Assembly: GCA_038232055.1 (NCBI GenBank) | Contig: JBBSIN010000002.1 | Location: 11,240-75,239 of the forward strand | DNA from: Mycobacteriales bacterium | GTDB taxonomy: Bacteria > Actinomycetota > Actinomycetes > JADGOV01 | Reading direction: 5' to 3' | Length of the DNA stretch: 64,000 nucleotides | Shown here: positions 39,752 to 47,621 of the stretch, one piece after another | How positions within the stretch are numbered: the stretch's first letter is position 1 | Layout of the letters: each line of letters opens with the position of its first letter | The notes under the pieces: generated by a model | What the model was told of the DNA's origin: nothing | What the model saw: the letters and a program-made list of their open reading frames with translations, nothing else | Databases searched by the model: none | Position numbers and translations under genes: made by a program

Positions 39752-40013
39752 GGCAGTGCGGCGATTGAGCGGACTCCGCTGCGGCGACTGAGGGCAGGCA
39801 GTGCAAGATGGCCATGGATCAGCGGCCGTGAGCGCGTGCCTGCGCTGCGGTCGGATTTCACCCGCCACCGCTAGCTGATACATCCTGAGCGTGGCATCAG
39901 GTGGAGGCGAGACGGACCATCACCAGCTACGTGTCGAGGGGCCGGTTAGTGGGCTGACCGACATCGGTGCGGTGGGCCGTGACGTAACGACAGGTGTAAC
40001 GAACCGACCGCTT

Positions 40014-40331
40014 GTGACCTTGGACTCGACTCGCGACTGCGTGCTGTGCGGCGCGTCGTTCGTTCGGGTGGGCCGGCGGGTGTACTGCTCGGACGGCTGC
40101 CGGCAGCGGGCGCATCGAGCCCGGCACCCAGCGACGCCGATGATCCCGATGGTGCCGCCGGCGCGAAGCCGGCGGGCGGTCACGGTCTACTTCTGTGAGG
40201 GGTGTGAGACGCGGCAGCTGGCGGTGCAGCGCTGCGAGGAGTGTGGGCTGTTCGGGGTGGCGTTGGGGACCGGCGCGGCGTGTCCGTGCTGTCAGGAGCC
40301 GATCGCGGCGGCGGAGCTGGTCGAGGGTTGA
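40014..40331 (+). CDS. double zinc-ribbon small protein
   Basis: 'CVLCG...YCSDGCRQRAHRARH' and 'FCEGCE...CEECG...CPCC'. High GC3. It ends 20 nt before the transposase start. Start GTG at 40014 is tentative. Confidence 0.55.
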   Translation: MTLDSTRDCVLCGASFVRVGRRVYCSDGCRQRAHRARHPATPMIPMVPPARSRRAVTVYFCEGCETRQLAVQRCEECGLFGVALGTGAACPCCQEPIAAAELVEG

Positions 40332-40351
40332 CCGGACCTGTTCCCTGTCGT

Positions 40352-41785
40352 GTGGAGGTCCGGGTGGACTTCGTCGGTGGCCCCGCCCAGTCGCAGTACG
40401 TTGAGCGGATCCGGGGGCTGGACCCGGCCCGCTGCCTGGTGGCCGCGGTAGATGTGGGGAAGGCCGCGGCGCTGGCTCTTCTCGCCGATCAGCACGGGCA
40501 GCTGATCGGCGCACCGGTTGAGGTCGAGCTGACCGAGCGTGGGGTCGGTCGGCTGGAAGCGGCGCTCGGCGCGGCCCGTTCGGCCCGCGACGCGGTGGCG
40601 CTGCGGGTCGGGGTGGAGACCGCCGGGCACTACCACCGCACCCTGGTCGCCCGGCTGGTCGCCGCCGGGCACGACCTGGTCGAGCTGAACCCGGCGCAGG
40701 TCAAGGCGGCCCGGGCGACGCTGGGTGCGCGGCGGCTGAAGTCGGATCTGCGCGACTGCGCGGCGATGATCGAGCTGCTGGTGCGCGGGGGCGGCCGGCC
40801 GCCGCAGGTCCGGAACGCCGCGATGGCCGGGCAGGCCGCGTGGGTGGCGCACCGCCGACGGAAGGTGCTTGCCCGAACCGCGCTGGGCAACCAGCTGCTG
40901 GGCACGCTGGACCTGGTGTTCCCCGGCCTGGACGGCTGCTTCGATGACCTGCTCGACGCCCGCGCCGGCCGTCTGCTGGTCGGCGAGCTCGCCGACCCGG
41001 ACCGGATGCGCCGGCTCGGGGTGGAGGGACTGCGCCGGTTCTGCGCCCGCCGCGGGGTGCAGCTCCGCCGCCCGAAGGCAGGGCAGCTGATCGCCGCCGC
41101 GCAGACCGCGCTGCGGCTGCCGGCCGGCGAGCACACCGTGCGGCTGGCGATGCTCGCCGCCGACGTGGCGCTGCTCACCGCGCTCGACGCCGAGATCGCC
41201 GCCGCCGAGGTCGAGCTGGCCGCCGTCCTTGCCGACACCCCGGCCACCGTGCTGACCTCGCTGCCCGGGGTGGCGGTGGTCCGCGCCTCGGCCTACGGCG
41301 CGGCGCTCGGTGACCCGGCCCGCTACCCCGACGCGGCCGCGGCCTACCGCGCGTCCGGGCTGGTCCCGTCGTCGTATGAGTCCGCCGGCCGGACCCGCGG
41401 CCGGCAGCCGATCAGCCGGGAAGGGTCGGTGGAGCTGCGCCGCGCGATCCTCGAGCTCGGCCGAGGGCTGGGCCGCAGCGAACCCGACTTCGCCCGCTAC
41501 CGGCGCGAGCTCGCCGCCCGCGGGAAACCGCCCGGTGTCGTGGCGGTCGCGGTCGCGCACCGCGCGCACCGACTCGCGTTCGCGCTGATTCGCGCCGGGG
41601 AGACCTATCAGGCTGACCGCTGGGCGGCGTCAGTGGCCAGCAAGGGCGAACGGAAGGAGCGGAAGGCGGGCGGGCCCGTCAGCAGTGCAGGCCGGCAAGC
41701 GGCATCCCGGGACGACGTGACCCGCCCACCCGAACCCACGGTGCCCGCCCCGACCCGGCCTGACAACCACCCGGTGCCGGTCTAG
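40352..41785 (+). CDS. IS110 family transposase (DEDD recombinase)
   Basis: 'VAAVDVGKAA', 'RVGVETAGHYHRTL', 'KSDLRDCAAMIELL' and a C-terminal 'LTSLPGVAVVRASAYGAALGDPARY...SREGS'. GTG at 40352 (alternative 40364). Confidence 0.9.
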   Translation: MEVRVDFVGGPAQSQYVERIRGLDPARCLVAAVDVGKAAALALLADQHGQLIGAPVEVELTERGVGRLEAALGAARSARDAVALRVGVETAGHYHRTLVARLVAAGHDLVELNPAQVKAARATLGARRLKSDLRDCAAMIELLVRGGGRPPQVRNAAMAGQAAWVAHRRRKVLARTALGNQLLGTLDLVFPGLDGCFDDLLDARAGRLLVGELADPDRMRRLGVEGLRRFCARRGVQLRRPKAGQLIAAAQTALRLPAGEHTVRLAMLAADVALLTALDAEIAAAEVELAAVLADTPATVLTSLPGVAVVRASAYGAALGDPARYPDAAAAYRASGLVPSSYESAGRTRGRQPISREGSVELRRAILELGRGLGRSEPDFARYRRELAARGKPPGVVAVAVAHRAHRLAFALIRAGETYQADRWAASVASKGERKERKAGGPVSSAGRQAASRDDVTRPPEPTVPAPTRPDNHPVPV

Positions 41786-42081
41786 ACGTCGCCCGGCGGC
41801 GGGGGCCCGGACCGACGTCGAATCTAGCTATGCGGCCGCGCCGCTGATCATGGTGGCTCGGACTGCGACTCCTAGCAGGACGCCGGACCCCTTCCCCTCG
41901 AGCGAGTGCGAACGCGGTTGCCTGAGCCGCCCGCGGGTGAGTTCGCGTATGTCAGCGTGCACCGCAGGGAAGCCGCCCAGCCGGGTCCACCCGTCACCAC
42001 CAACAAGAAATTGGCGCGCGACTCACGAGTCACGCGCCGGTCCGGCGCGCCTCCGACCCGCTTGACAAGACCCCACGGTTG

Positions 42082-43500
42082 CTAGGTGCCCGGCACGTAC
42101 ATCGCCAACAGCTGCCCGTCCTCCCCCAGCGCGGCATTCGGCCGCAGGGACAGGCCCGGCTGCCTGCGCTCAGTGTCGTGGGCCTGTACGTCGAGCAGCC
42201 ACCAGCCGGACCCCCAGATGCCGGCCGCGTTGACCACACCGGAGCTCTCCCACGACCCTGGTGACAGCGTGCTCGGCGTCGCGACCCGAGCGACCGGGCG
42301 AACCACCCGGGTACGGAGGTCGTAGGCGAGGACGCGGCCGTACCCGCCACGGACGTCGGGACCTCGGTTCTCGGAGTTGCGGTCCTCCTGGATGAGCATG
42401 GCCCGGCGCGAGACGTCGAGGTTGTCCGGGTTCACGATGTTGTCCCCGGCATCGCCGTCGAGGACGACCGTGAGATCGGCACGGGCCGGGTGAGTCGGAT
42501 CGACCCGCAGCCGGTAGATGCGCCCGTGGTGCGACTCCGCGCCGTCGGAGCCGGTGTCAGCGAAGTAGACGACGCCTGCCCGGTCGACGCTCTGCGCGAC
42601 GTCCTCCACCCGGACGAAGTCGAACGCGCCCTTGGCCTGCGCGGCCGCCTCCAAGCTGTCCGCATCGCGGTTCTCTGCCTGGCTGACCGCGACGAAGTGG
42701 CCGCGCAGCGTCTGGCCCTTCGCGATGTCGTTGGTGGACGGGTTCCCGTCGGCGACCCGCCGGTTTGCCTTCCAGACCCACAGCTGTCCCCGGCCGAGCA
42801 CCGCGGCGTTGAAGGTCGCGGCCGTGTAGGCGTAGAGCTGCGAGTGCCCCGCGTCGCCGTCCTCGCCGGAGACGACCACAGTCGTCTTGAGGCCGCGCAG
42901 CGGTACGACGTTCTCGTGGGCGAAGCGGCCGAAGTGCGGTGTAGGCAGCCGTCGGCCGGTCTTCGCGTTGATCGCGATCGAGGTGCCGCCGTGGCCGCCG
43001 GCAGGACCGGCACCCTGGTCCGTCGACTCCTCCCCCGTGGTGAACCAGGGCACGCCGGCGTAGCGACCCAGCGTGGCGGAGCAGAACCGTAGGAAGCCCT
43101 CCCGGCCGGAGACGACGTACTGGGCCGCATGCACGCGACGCGACCGGTCCAGCGTGAGGTGGCTGACCCGGGTGCCGACGCCCGCTGGCGCGGCGCCGTC
43201 GAGCTCGTGGTTCATGAACAGCTCGATGCGGTCGGGTGCCGATCGGTAGAAGCCGAGCCCGTCCGGCGTACCGGACATCTGATATCCGCCGAGTCGGCCG
43301 CCGACGATGTCGCCGGTCGAGAGGATCGGGTCGAACCGCACGCCGGCGCGCAGCGGAGCCAGAAGGGGCGGGCGGTGGGTCTTGACACCGGCGGACGTCG
43401 CGGGGGATGCCGCGGGAGCCGCGCCGGGCAGGGCGACGAGGGTCGCGAGGACGCCGGCGGGCAGCGCGCCGGTCGCGATGCGGACGGAGGTGATGCGCAT
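42082..43500 (-). CDS. secreted DUF839/PhoX-like protein
   Basis: Signal peptide 'VLATLVALPGAAPAASPA'. 'FCSATLGRYAGVPWFTTGEES' and 'VYFADTGSDG' resemble the PhoX-type beta-propeller phosphatase family. ATG at 43500 sits behind a GGAGGA RBS. Confidence 0.65.
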   Translation of the reverse strand: MRITSVRIATGALPAGVLATLVALPGAAPAASPATSAGVKTHRPPLLAPLRAGVRFDPILSTGDIVGGRLGGYQMSGTPDGLGFYRSAPDRIELFMNHELDGAAPAGVGTRVSHLTLDRSRRVHAAQYVVSGREGFLRFCSATLGRYAGVPWFTTGEESTDQGAGPAGGHGGTSIAINAKTGRRLPTPHFGRFAHENVVPLRGLKTTVVVSGEDGDAGHSQLYAYTAATFNAAVLGRGQLWVWKANRRVADGNPSTNDIAKGQTLRGHFVAVSQAENRDADSLEAAAQAKGAFDFVRVEDVAQSVDRAGVVYFADTGSDGAESHHGRIYRLRVDPTHPARADLTVVLDGDAGDNIVNPDNLDVSRRAMLIQEDRNSENRGPDVRGGYGRVLAYDLRTRVVRPVARVATPSTLSPGSWESSGVVNAAGIWGSGWWLLDVQAHDTERRQPGLSLRPNAALGEDGQLLAMYVPGT

Positions 43501-43572
43501 TGTTCCTCCAGTGCTTCGAGGTTCGGACCCGCGCATTGTTCGCAGACGGCCGCCAACGGGTGCCGTCCGGAC

Positions 43573-43601
43573 GGTGAACTCCGCCGCGTCCGACGGTGAA
43601 C
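43573..43601 (-). promoter_or_regulatory. candidate PHO box (two GTTCACC direct repeats 22 nt apart)
   Basis: The minus strand reads GTTCACCgtcg-(11 nt)-GTTCACCgtcc, about 70-100 nt upstream of the PhoX-like start. This matches the 11-nt repeat-unit logic of actinobacterial PhoP sites. Confidence 0.4.
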
Positions 43602-43640
43602 ACTGCGAACGGCCGGTGCTGCCGGGAAACCGCCCGCTGC

Positions 43641-46001
43641 TCAGGAAAGCGCGAGGGCGGCCAACGCCGCGTTGACGATCGCACCGGGCAGCAGGTCGTG
43701 CTCGCGGTAGAGGTCGGGCACGGTGCCGGTCTGCCCGAACGCGTCCACCCCGAGCGGCACCGCCGGCGCGCCGATCGCGGAGCCCAGCCACGCCATCGCG
43801 TGCGACGCGGCATCGTGGACGGTGACCACCGGCGCCCGTACCGGGAAGAGCTCGCGCAGAATCGGCGGGGCGGCCGGCGTACGCGCCGCGCGAAGGTCGT
43901 CGCGCAGCGCCCGCCGCCAGCTCGAGTAGAGCCGGTCGAGGCTCGTCACGTCGACGAGGTTCGCCGCCACTCCCTCGTCCCGAAGCTCCGCAGCGGCCGC
44001 GATCGCCTCGGGCAGAACCGCACCCGACGCCGCGACGTGTACGACGGGGCCGCCGGGCTCTGCGTCAGCCAGCACGCGGTAGCCGCCGGCGAGGACGAGC
44101 TCGCGCAGTCGCTCGACGCCGTACCGCTCCAGCGCCGCCTCGAACGGCGCCTGGTCCAGCGGCCGCGTGGTGAGCCGCAGGTACGTCGCGGCGTCATCGC
44201 CGCCGGCGGCGATGCGGCGGAGCGCGTCGCAGAGTTGCCAGTCGAGCGCTCTCGCGTACGCCGGTTCGCACAGCGTCACGCCGGGCAGCTCCAGGCCGAT
44301 CGACGCGGTGATCGTGGACTGGTGCGCGCCGCCCTCCGGGGCCAGCGTCACGCCGGACGGGGTGCCGGCGATGACGAAGTGGGCACCCGAATAGGTCCCG
44401 TAGATGAACGCGTCGAGCCCGCGGCAGACGAAGGGGTCGTAGACCGTGCCCACCGGAAGCAGCGGCTGGTCGGAGAGGTCCCAGGCAAGGCCGAGCTGGC
44501 CGAGCAGCAGGAAGAGGTTCATCTCAGAGATGCCGAGCTCGAGGTGCTGGCCCTTGGGGTGCTGGCGCCAGCGCAGGACCGAGTCGGCCTCGCCCCAGTC
44601 GCGCATCTCCTCGGGCGTGAAGACGCCGGTCTTGTTGATCCAGCCAGCCAGGTTCGTCGAGACGGCGACGTCCGGCGCGGTCGTCACCAGGTACGGCGCC
44701 ACCTGGTCGTTGCGACCGAGCTCGACGAGGATCCGGCCGAAGCTTTCCTGGGTCGACACCGGCTTGCGGGACGGGCGCTGCAGCGTCTCGGTCGGCACCG
44801 CTATCGAGATCCGCTCGTCCGGGACCGGCCGCCGCAGGAGGCTGCCGCGCTCGGCGCAGAGCCGACCGGGAGCGCTGTCCGGCGGGAAGCGGTCCCACTC
44901 GTCGTCCCGGGTCAGGCCGACCGACGACCGCAGGTCATCGACCTGTCTGGCCGGAAGCAGCTGGGAATGGTTGAGCGGGTTGCCGGCCATCGGCAGGCCC
45001 CAGCCCTTGACCGTGTAGGCGAAGACGACGGTCGGCCGGTCGGTGACATCGTCGGCCTGCCGGTAGGCGTGCAGCATGGCCTCGAGGTCGTGCCCGCCCA
45101 AGTCTTGCAGCAGCGGCGCCAGCTCGTCGTCGGGCACCGCCTCGAGCGCCCGCTCGACCTCCTTCTCAACGCCGTCCGGAGCTCCGTCGAGAAAGCGCTT
45201 GCGCAGCTCCTCGCCGGCGTACGCGAACAGCGACTGGTAGTGCTCGTTGGGCATATCGTCGATCCACTGCCGGAGCGCAGCGCCGTGCGGCCGGCCGAAC
45301 TGCTCGACAAGCCGCCGGCCGTACTTCACCTCGACGACGTGCCACCCGGCCGCCGCGAAGTGCGCCTGTAGGGCCGCGATGCGCAACCCCGGTACGACGC
45401 GGTCGAGGCTCTGCCGGTTGAGGTCGACGATCCACATGACGTTGCCCAGACCGCGCGTCACCGGGTCGGCGATCGCCTCCCAGACGTTGCCCTCGTCCAG
45501 CTCCGCGTCGCCGAGCAGCGCGACGAAACGCGAGCGCGGCCGCTCGCCGAAGTGCGCGTCGACGTAGCGCCGCGTCACCGCTGCGAAGAGCGGCGCGGCG
45601 GCGCCGAGGCCGACCGATCCGGTGCTGAAGTCGACCGGATCCGGGTCCTTCGTGCGGCTGGGATAGGACTGCAGTCCGCCGAACGCGCGCAGCGTCGGCA
45701 GGTAGCGCCGGTCGAGGTCGCCGAGCAGGTACTGCACGGCATGGAAGACCGGGCTGGCGTGCGGCTTGACCGACACCCGGTCGGCGGCGTCGAGATGCGC
45801 GAAGTAGAGCGCGGTCATCGCGGTCACCAGCGAGGCCGACGACGCCTGGTGGCCGCCGACCTTGACCCCGTCGCCGGTGTCGCGTTCGGTGTTGGCCGCG
45901 TCGACGATGCGGGTGGCGAGCCATAGGACGCGGCGCTCGACCTCGGCGAGTATGGCGAGGTCGAGCATGGGTAGCGGCCCGTCGCTCCGGTCGTCGAGCA
46001 C
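43641..46001 (-). CDS. thiamine-diphosphate-dependent 2-oxoacid dehydrogenase E1 (AceE-like, homodimeric type)
   Basis: 'GVKVGGHQASSASLV', 'LLGDAELDEGNVWEA', 'MWIVDLNRQSLD' and a transketolase-like C-terminal half. Confidence 0.75.
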   Translation of the reverse strand: MLDDRSDGPLPMLDLAILAEVERRVLWLATRIVDAANTERDTGDGVKVGGHQASSASLVTAMTALYFAHLDAADRVSVKPHASPVFHAVQYLLGDLDRRYLPTLRAFGGLQSYPSRTKDPDPVDFSTGSVGLGAAAPLFAAVTRRYVDAHFGERPRSRFVALLGDAELDEGNVWEAIADPVTRGLGNVMWIVDLNRQSLDRVVPGLRIAALQAHFAAAGWHVVEVKYGRRLVEQFGRPHGAALRQWIDDMPNEHYQSLFAYAGEELRKRFLDGAPDGVEKEVERALEAVPDDELAPLLQDLGGHDLEAMLHAYRQADDVTDRPTVVFAYTVKGWGLPMAGNPLNHSQLLPARQVDDLRSSVGLTRDDEWDRFPPDSAPGRLCAERGSLLRRPVPDERISIAVPTETLQRPSRKPVSTQESFGRILVELGRNDQVAPYLVTTAPDVAVSTNLAGWINKTGVFTPEEMRDWGEADSVLRWRQHPKGQHLELGISEMNLFLLLGQLGLAWDLSDQPLLPVGTVYDPFVCRGLDAFIYGTYSGAHFVIAGTPSGVTLAPEGGAHQSTITASIGLELPGVTLCEPAYARALDWQLCDALRRIAAGGDDAATYLRLTTRPLDQAPFEAALERYGVERLRELVLAGGYRVLADAEPGGPVVHVAASGAVLPEAIAAAAELRDEGVAANLVDVTSLDRLYSSWRRALRDDLRAARTPAAPPILRELFPVRAPVVTVHDAASHAMAWLGSAIGAPAVPLGVDAFGQTGTVPDLYREHDLLPGAIVNAALAALALS

Positions 46002-46010
46002 GGCCCGACG

Positions 46011-47549
46011 TTACCCCTCGGGATGCGCCGGGCGGTCCGCAGCGGGGAGCGCGACGGTGAACACGGCGCCGCCGCCGGGCCGGTTGGCGGCGCGGACCGT
46101 TCCGCCCTGCCCCTCGACCAGCTGGCGGACGATGTGCAGCCCGAGCCCCACCCCGCCGTACTCCCGTCGGTCCTCGCTGGCACCCTGCACGAACGGGGCG
46201 AAGAGGTGGGCCGCGCTGCCTGCGGCGAGCCCGACCCCCTCGTCGGCCACCTCCACGCAGACGCTGCCGACCTCGGCCCGCACGCTGACCACGATGCTGC
46301 CGCCCGCCGGGCTGTACTTGACGGCGTTCTCGAGCAGCTGGCCGAGGATCGGTTCGATGGTCGCCGATTCACCGAGCGCCGCCGGCACGCCGCGGTCCAC
46401 CACCACGTCGATCCGGTGCCGTGCCGACATCGTCGCGAAGTCGCCGACGATGCGTCGGGCCGCGGCGGCCAGGTCGAACGGCCGCGCCGTCACTGTGTGC
46501 CGGCCGACGCCGGCCCGCGCGGCGAGCAAGAGGTGGTTGACCAGCACCACGAGCGCGTCCGTACGCTCCGACGCCGTGTCGATCGCTTCGAGCCGCTGCT
46601 CCTCGGTCAGCACGTCCCATCGCCGCTGCAGCGTGGCCAGGTAACCCTTGACGACGGTGAGCGGTGTCCGGAGCTCATGGCTCGACGTCGCCAGGAAGAG
46701 GTCCTGGGCCTCCTTCAGCGCCTTTTGCCGGCTGATGTCGTGCAGCGCGACCACGCTCTCGCTCGTGCCGGGCAGCGTGGCCGAGATGCTCTCGAGCCAG
46801 CGACGGTCGCCCAGCTCATGCTCGACCGGCAGGCCGGAGTTTGCGACCGGCACGGGGACCGGTCTCCCGACAAGGGCGTCGGCCGGCATCCGGAGCAGCT
46901 TGGTCGCCGCGCCGTTGCAGCTGAGCACCCGGCCCGTGTCATCGACGACGAGCCGGCCATCGGCCACCGCATCGATGATTGCCTGCTCGCGATTGCGCTG
47001 CTGCTCCAGCAGCGCAACCCGCTGCTGGAGCTGTCGCTGGGTCTCGAGCTGGCGGCGGACCGACCGCGAGAGCGCCTCGCCCACCAGCACGCAGACCGGA
47101 ATCGCCACCGTCACCGACGCGACCCCGTGCGGCGCCGGCACCGGAGCGGTCAGCAGCGGCCAGACGTACGCCGCCACGGCGACCGGCGCCAGGACCATCG
47201 AGGTGAACGGCGGCTGGGAGAGCCCGACCCAGACAAAGACCACGACGAAATAGACGGCGTAGCTGAAGCTGCTGACCCCGCCGTACCGGTCCGCCGTACC
47301 GATGAGCGCGAACGCGAAGAGCACTAGCAGGAGCGGGGCGCGCGCCGACCACCGATACCACGGCAGGAACCAGGCGACCAGCCCGACGGCGACGGCGAGG
47401 AACGAGGCGGCGTTGAGCAGCGCGACGTCGAGGTGACCGCTGTCCGGCAGGTAGTTGTTGACGAACGTGACGATCCCCGCCACGACAAGCAGCTCGGCGC
47501 CGAGGCGCGCTCCGCCGTCGCGGCGAGGCGTCGCCGGTTCCCTCCTCAT
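46011..47549 (-). CDS. membrane sensor histidine kinase with PAS domain (no adjacent regulator)
   Basis: About 6 N-terminal TM helices, a PAS-like middle, the H-box '[16 protein letters not shown]' and an HATPase 'VADEGVGL...GVGLGLHIV'. Confidence 0.85.
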   Translation of the reverse strand: MRREPATPRRDGGARLGAELLVVAGIVTFVNNYLPDSGHLDVALLNAASFLAVAVGLVAWFLPWYRWSARAPLLLVLFAFALIGTADRYGGVSSFSYAVYFVVVFVWVGLSQPPFTSMVLAPVAVAAYVWPLLTAPVPAPHGVASVTVAIPVCVLVGEALSRSVRRQLETQRQLQQRVALLEQQRNREQAIIDAVADGRLVVDDTGRVLSCNGAATKLLRMPADALVGRPVPVPVANSGLPVEHELGDRRWLESISATLPGTSESVVALHDISRQKALKEAQDLFLATSSHELRTPLTVVKGYLATLQRRWDVLTEEQRLEAIDTASERTDALVVLVNHLLLAARAGVGRHTVTARPFDLAAAARRIVGDFATMSARHRIDVVVDRGVPAALGESATIEPILGQLLENAVKYSPAGGSIVVSVRAEVGSVCVEVADEGVGLAAGSAAHLFAPFVQGASEDRREYGGVGLGLHIVRQLVEGQGGTVRAANRPGGGAVFTVALPAADRPAHPEG

Positions 47550-47573
47550 GGCCCGAGTATCGACCGAACCGGG

Positions 47574-47594
47574 TAGGAACCTGACCGGTTCCTA
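47574..47594. promoter_or_regulatory. perfect 8-bp inverted repeat TAGGAACC-N5-GGTTCCTA in a divergent promoter region
   Basis: Read directly. It lies between the kinase start (47549) and the helicase start (47622). Confidence 0.4.
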
Positions 47595-47621
47595 CAGCTG
47601 CTCGTCGGCCGGAAAGGCACG

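Larger units (their letters stand above)
39752..42010 (+). mobile_element. IS110-family insertion sequence region (ends not determined)
   Basis: Contains the DEDD/IS110 transposase gene plus a Zn-ribbon ORF and non-coding flanks. IS110 elements lack classical inverted repeats, so the boundaries given are only the limits of the neighbouring recognisable features. Confidence 0.4.

Noticed and set aside
39629-39883. An 84-aa minus-strand ORF with a signal-peptide-like 'VAVSFALAVVAGS' followed by 'RSTNRHGPREGDRPRIPA', also seen in copy A. It could be a secreted peptide or RiPP precursor.
   Set aside because: The start codon is not conserved (ATG in A, ATC in B). The stop is not conserved, since A reads on for ~60 more codons. 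Substitutions are not biased towards third codon positions. The similarity is better explained by the nucleotide-level repeat. This is not fully excluded.
41957-41985. 'ccgcagggaagccgcccag' resembling the sequence to the right of repeat copy A ('ccgcgggaagtcgccgag'), as a possible right-hand IS/target junction.
   Set aside because: The similarity is short (~20 of 29 nt), does not extend on either side, and the junction does not line up precisely. It is too weak in GC-rich DNA.
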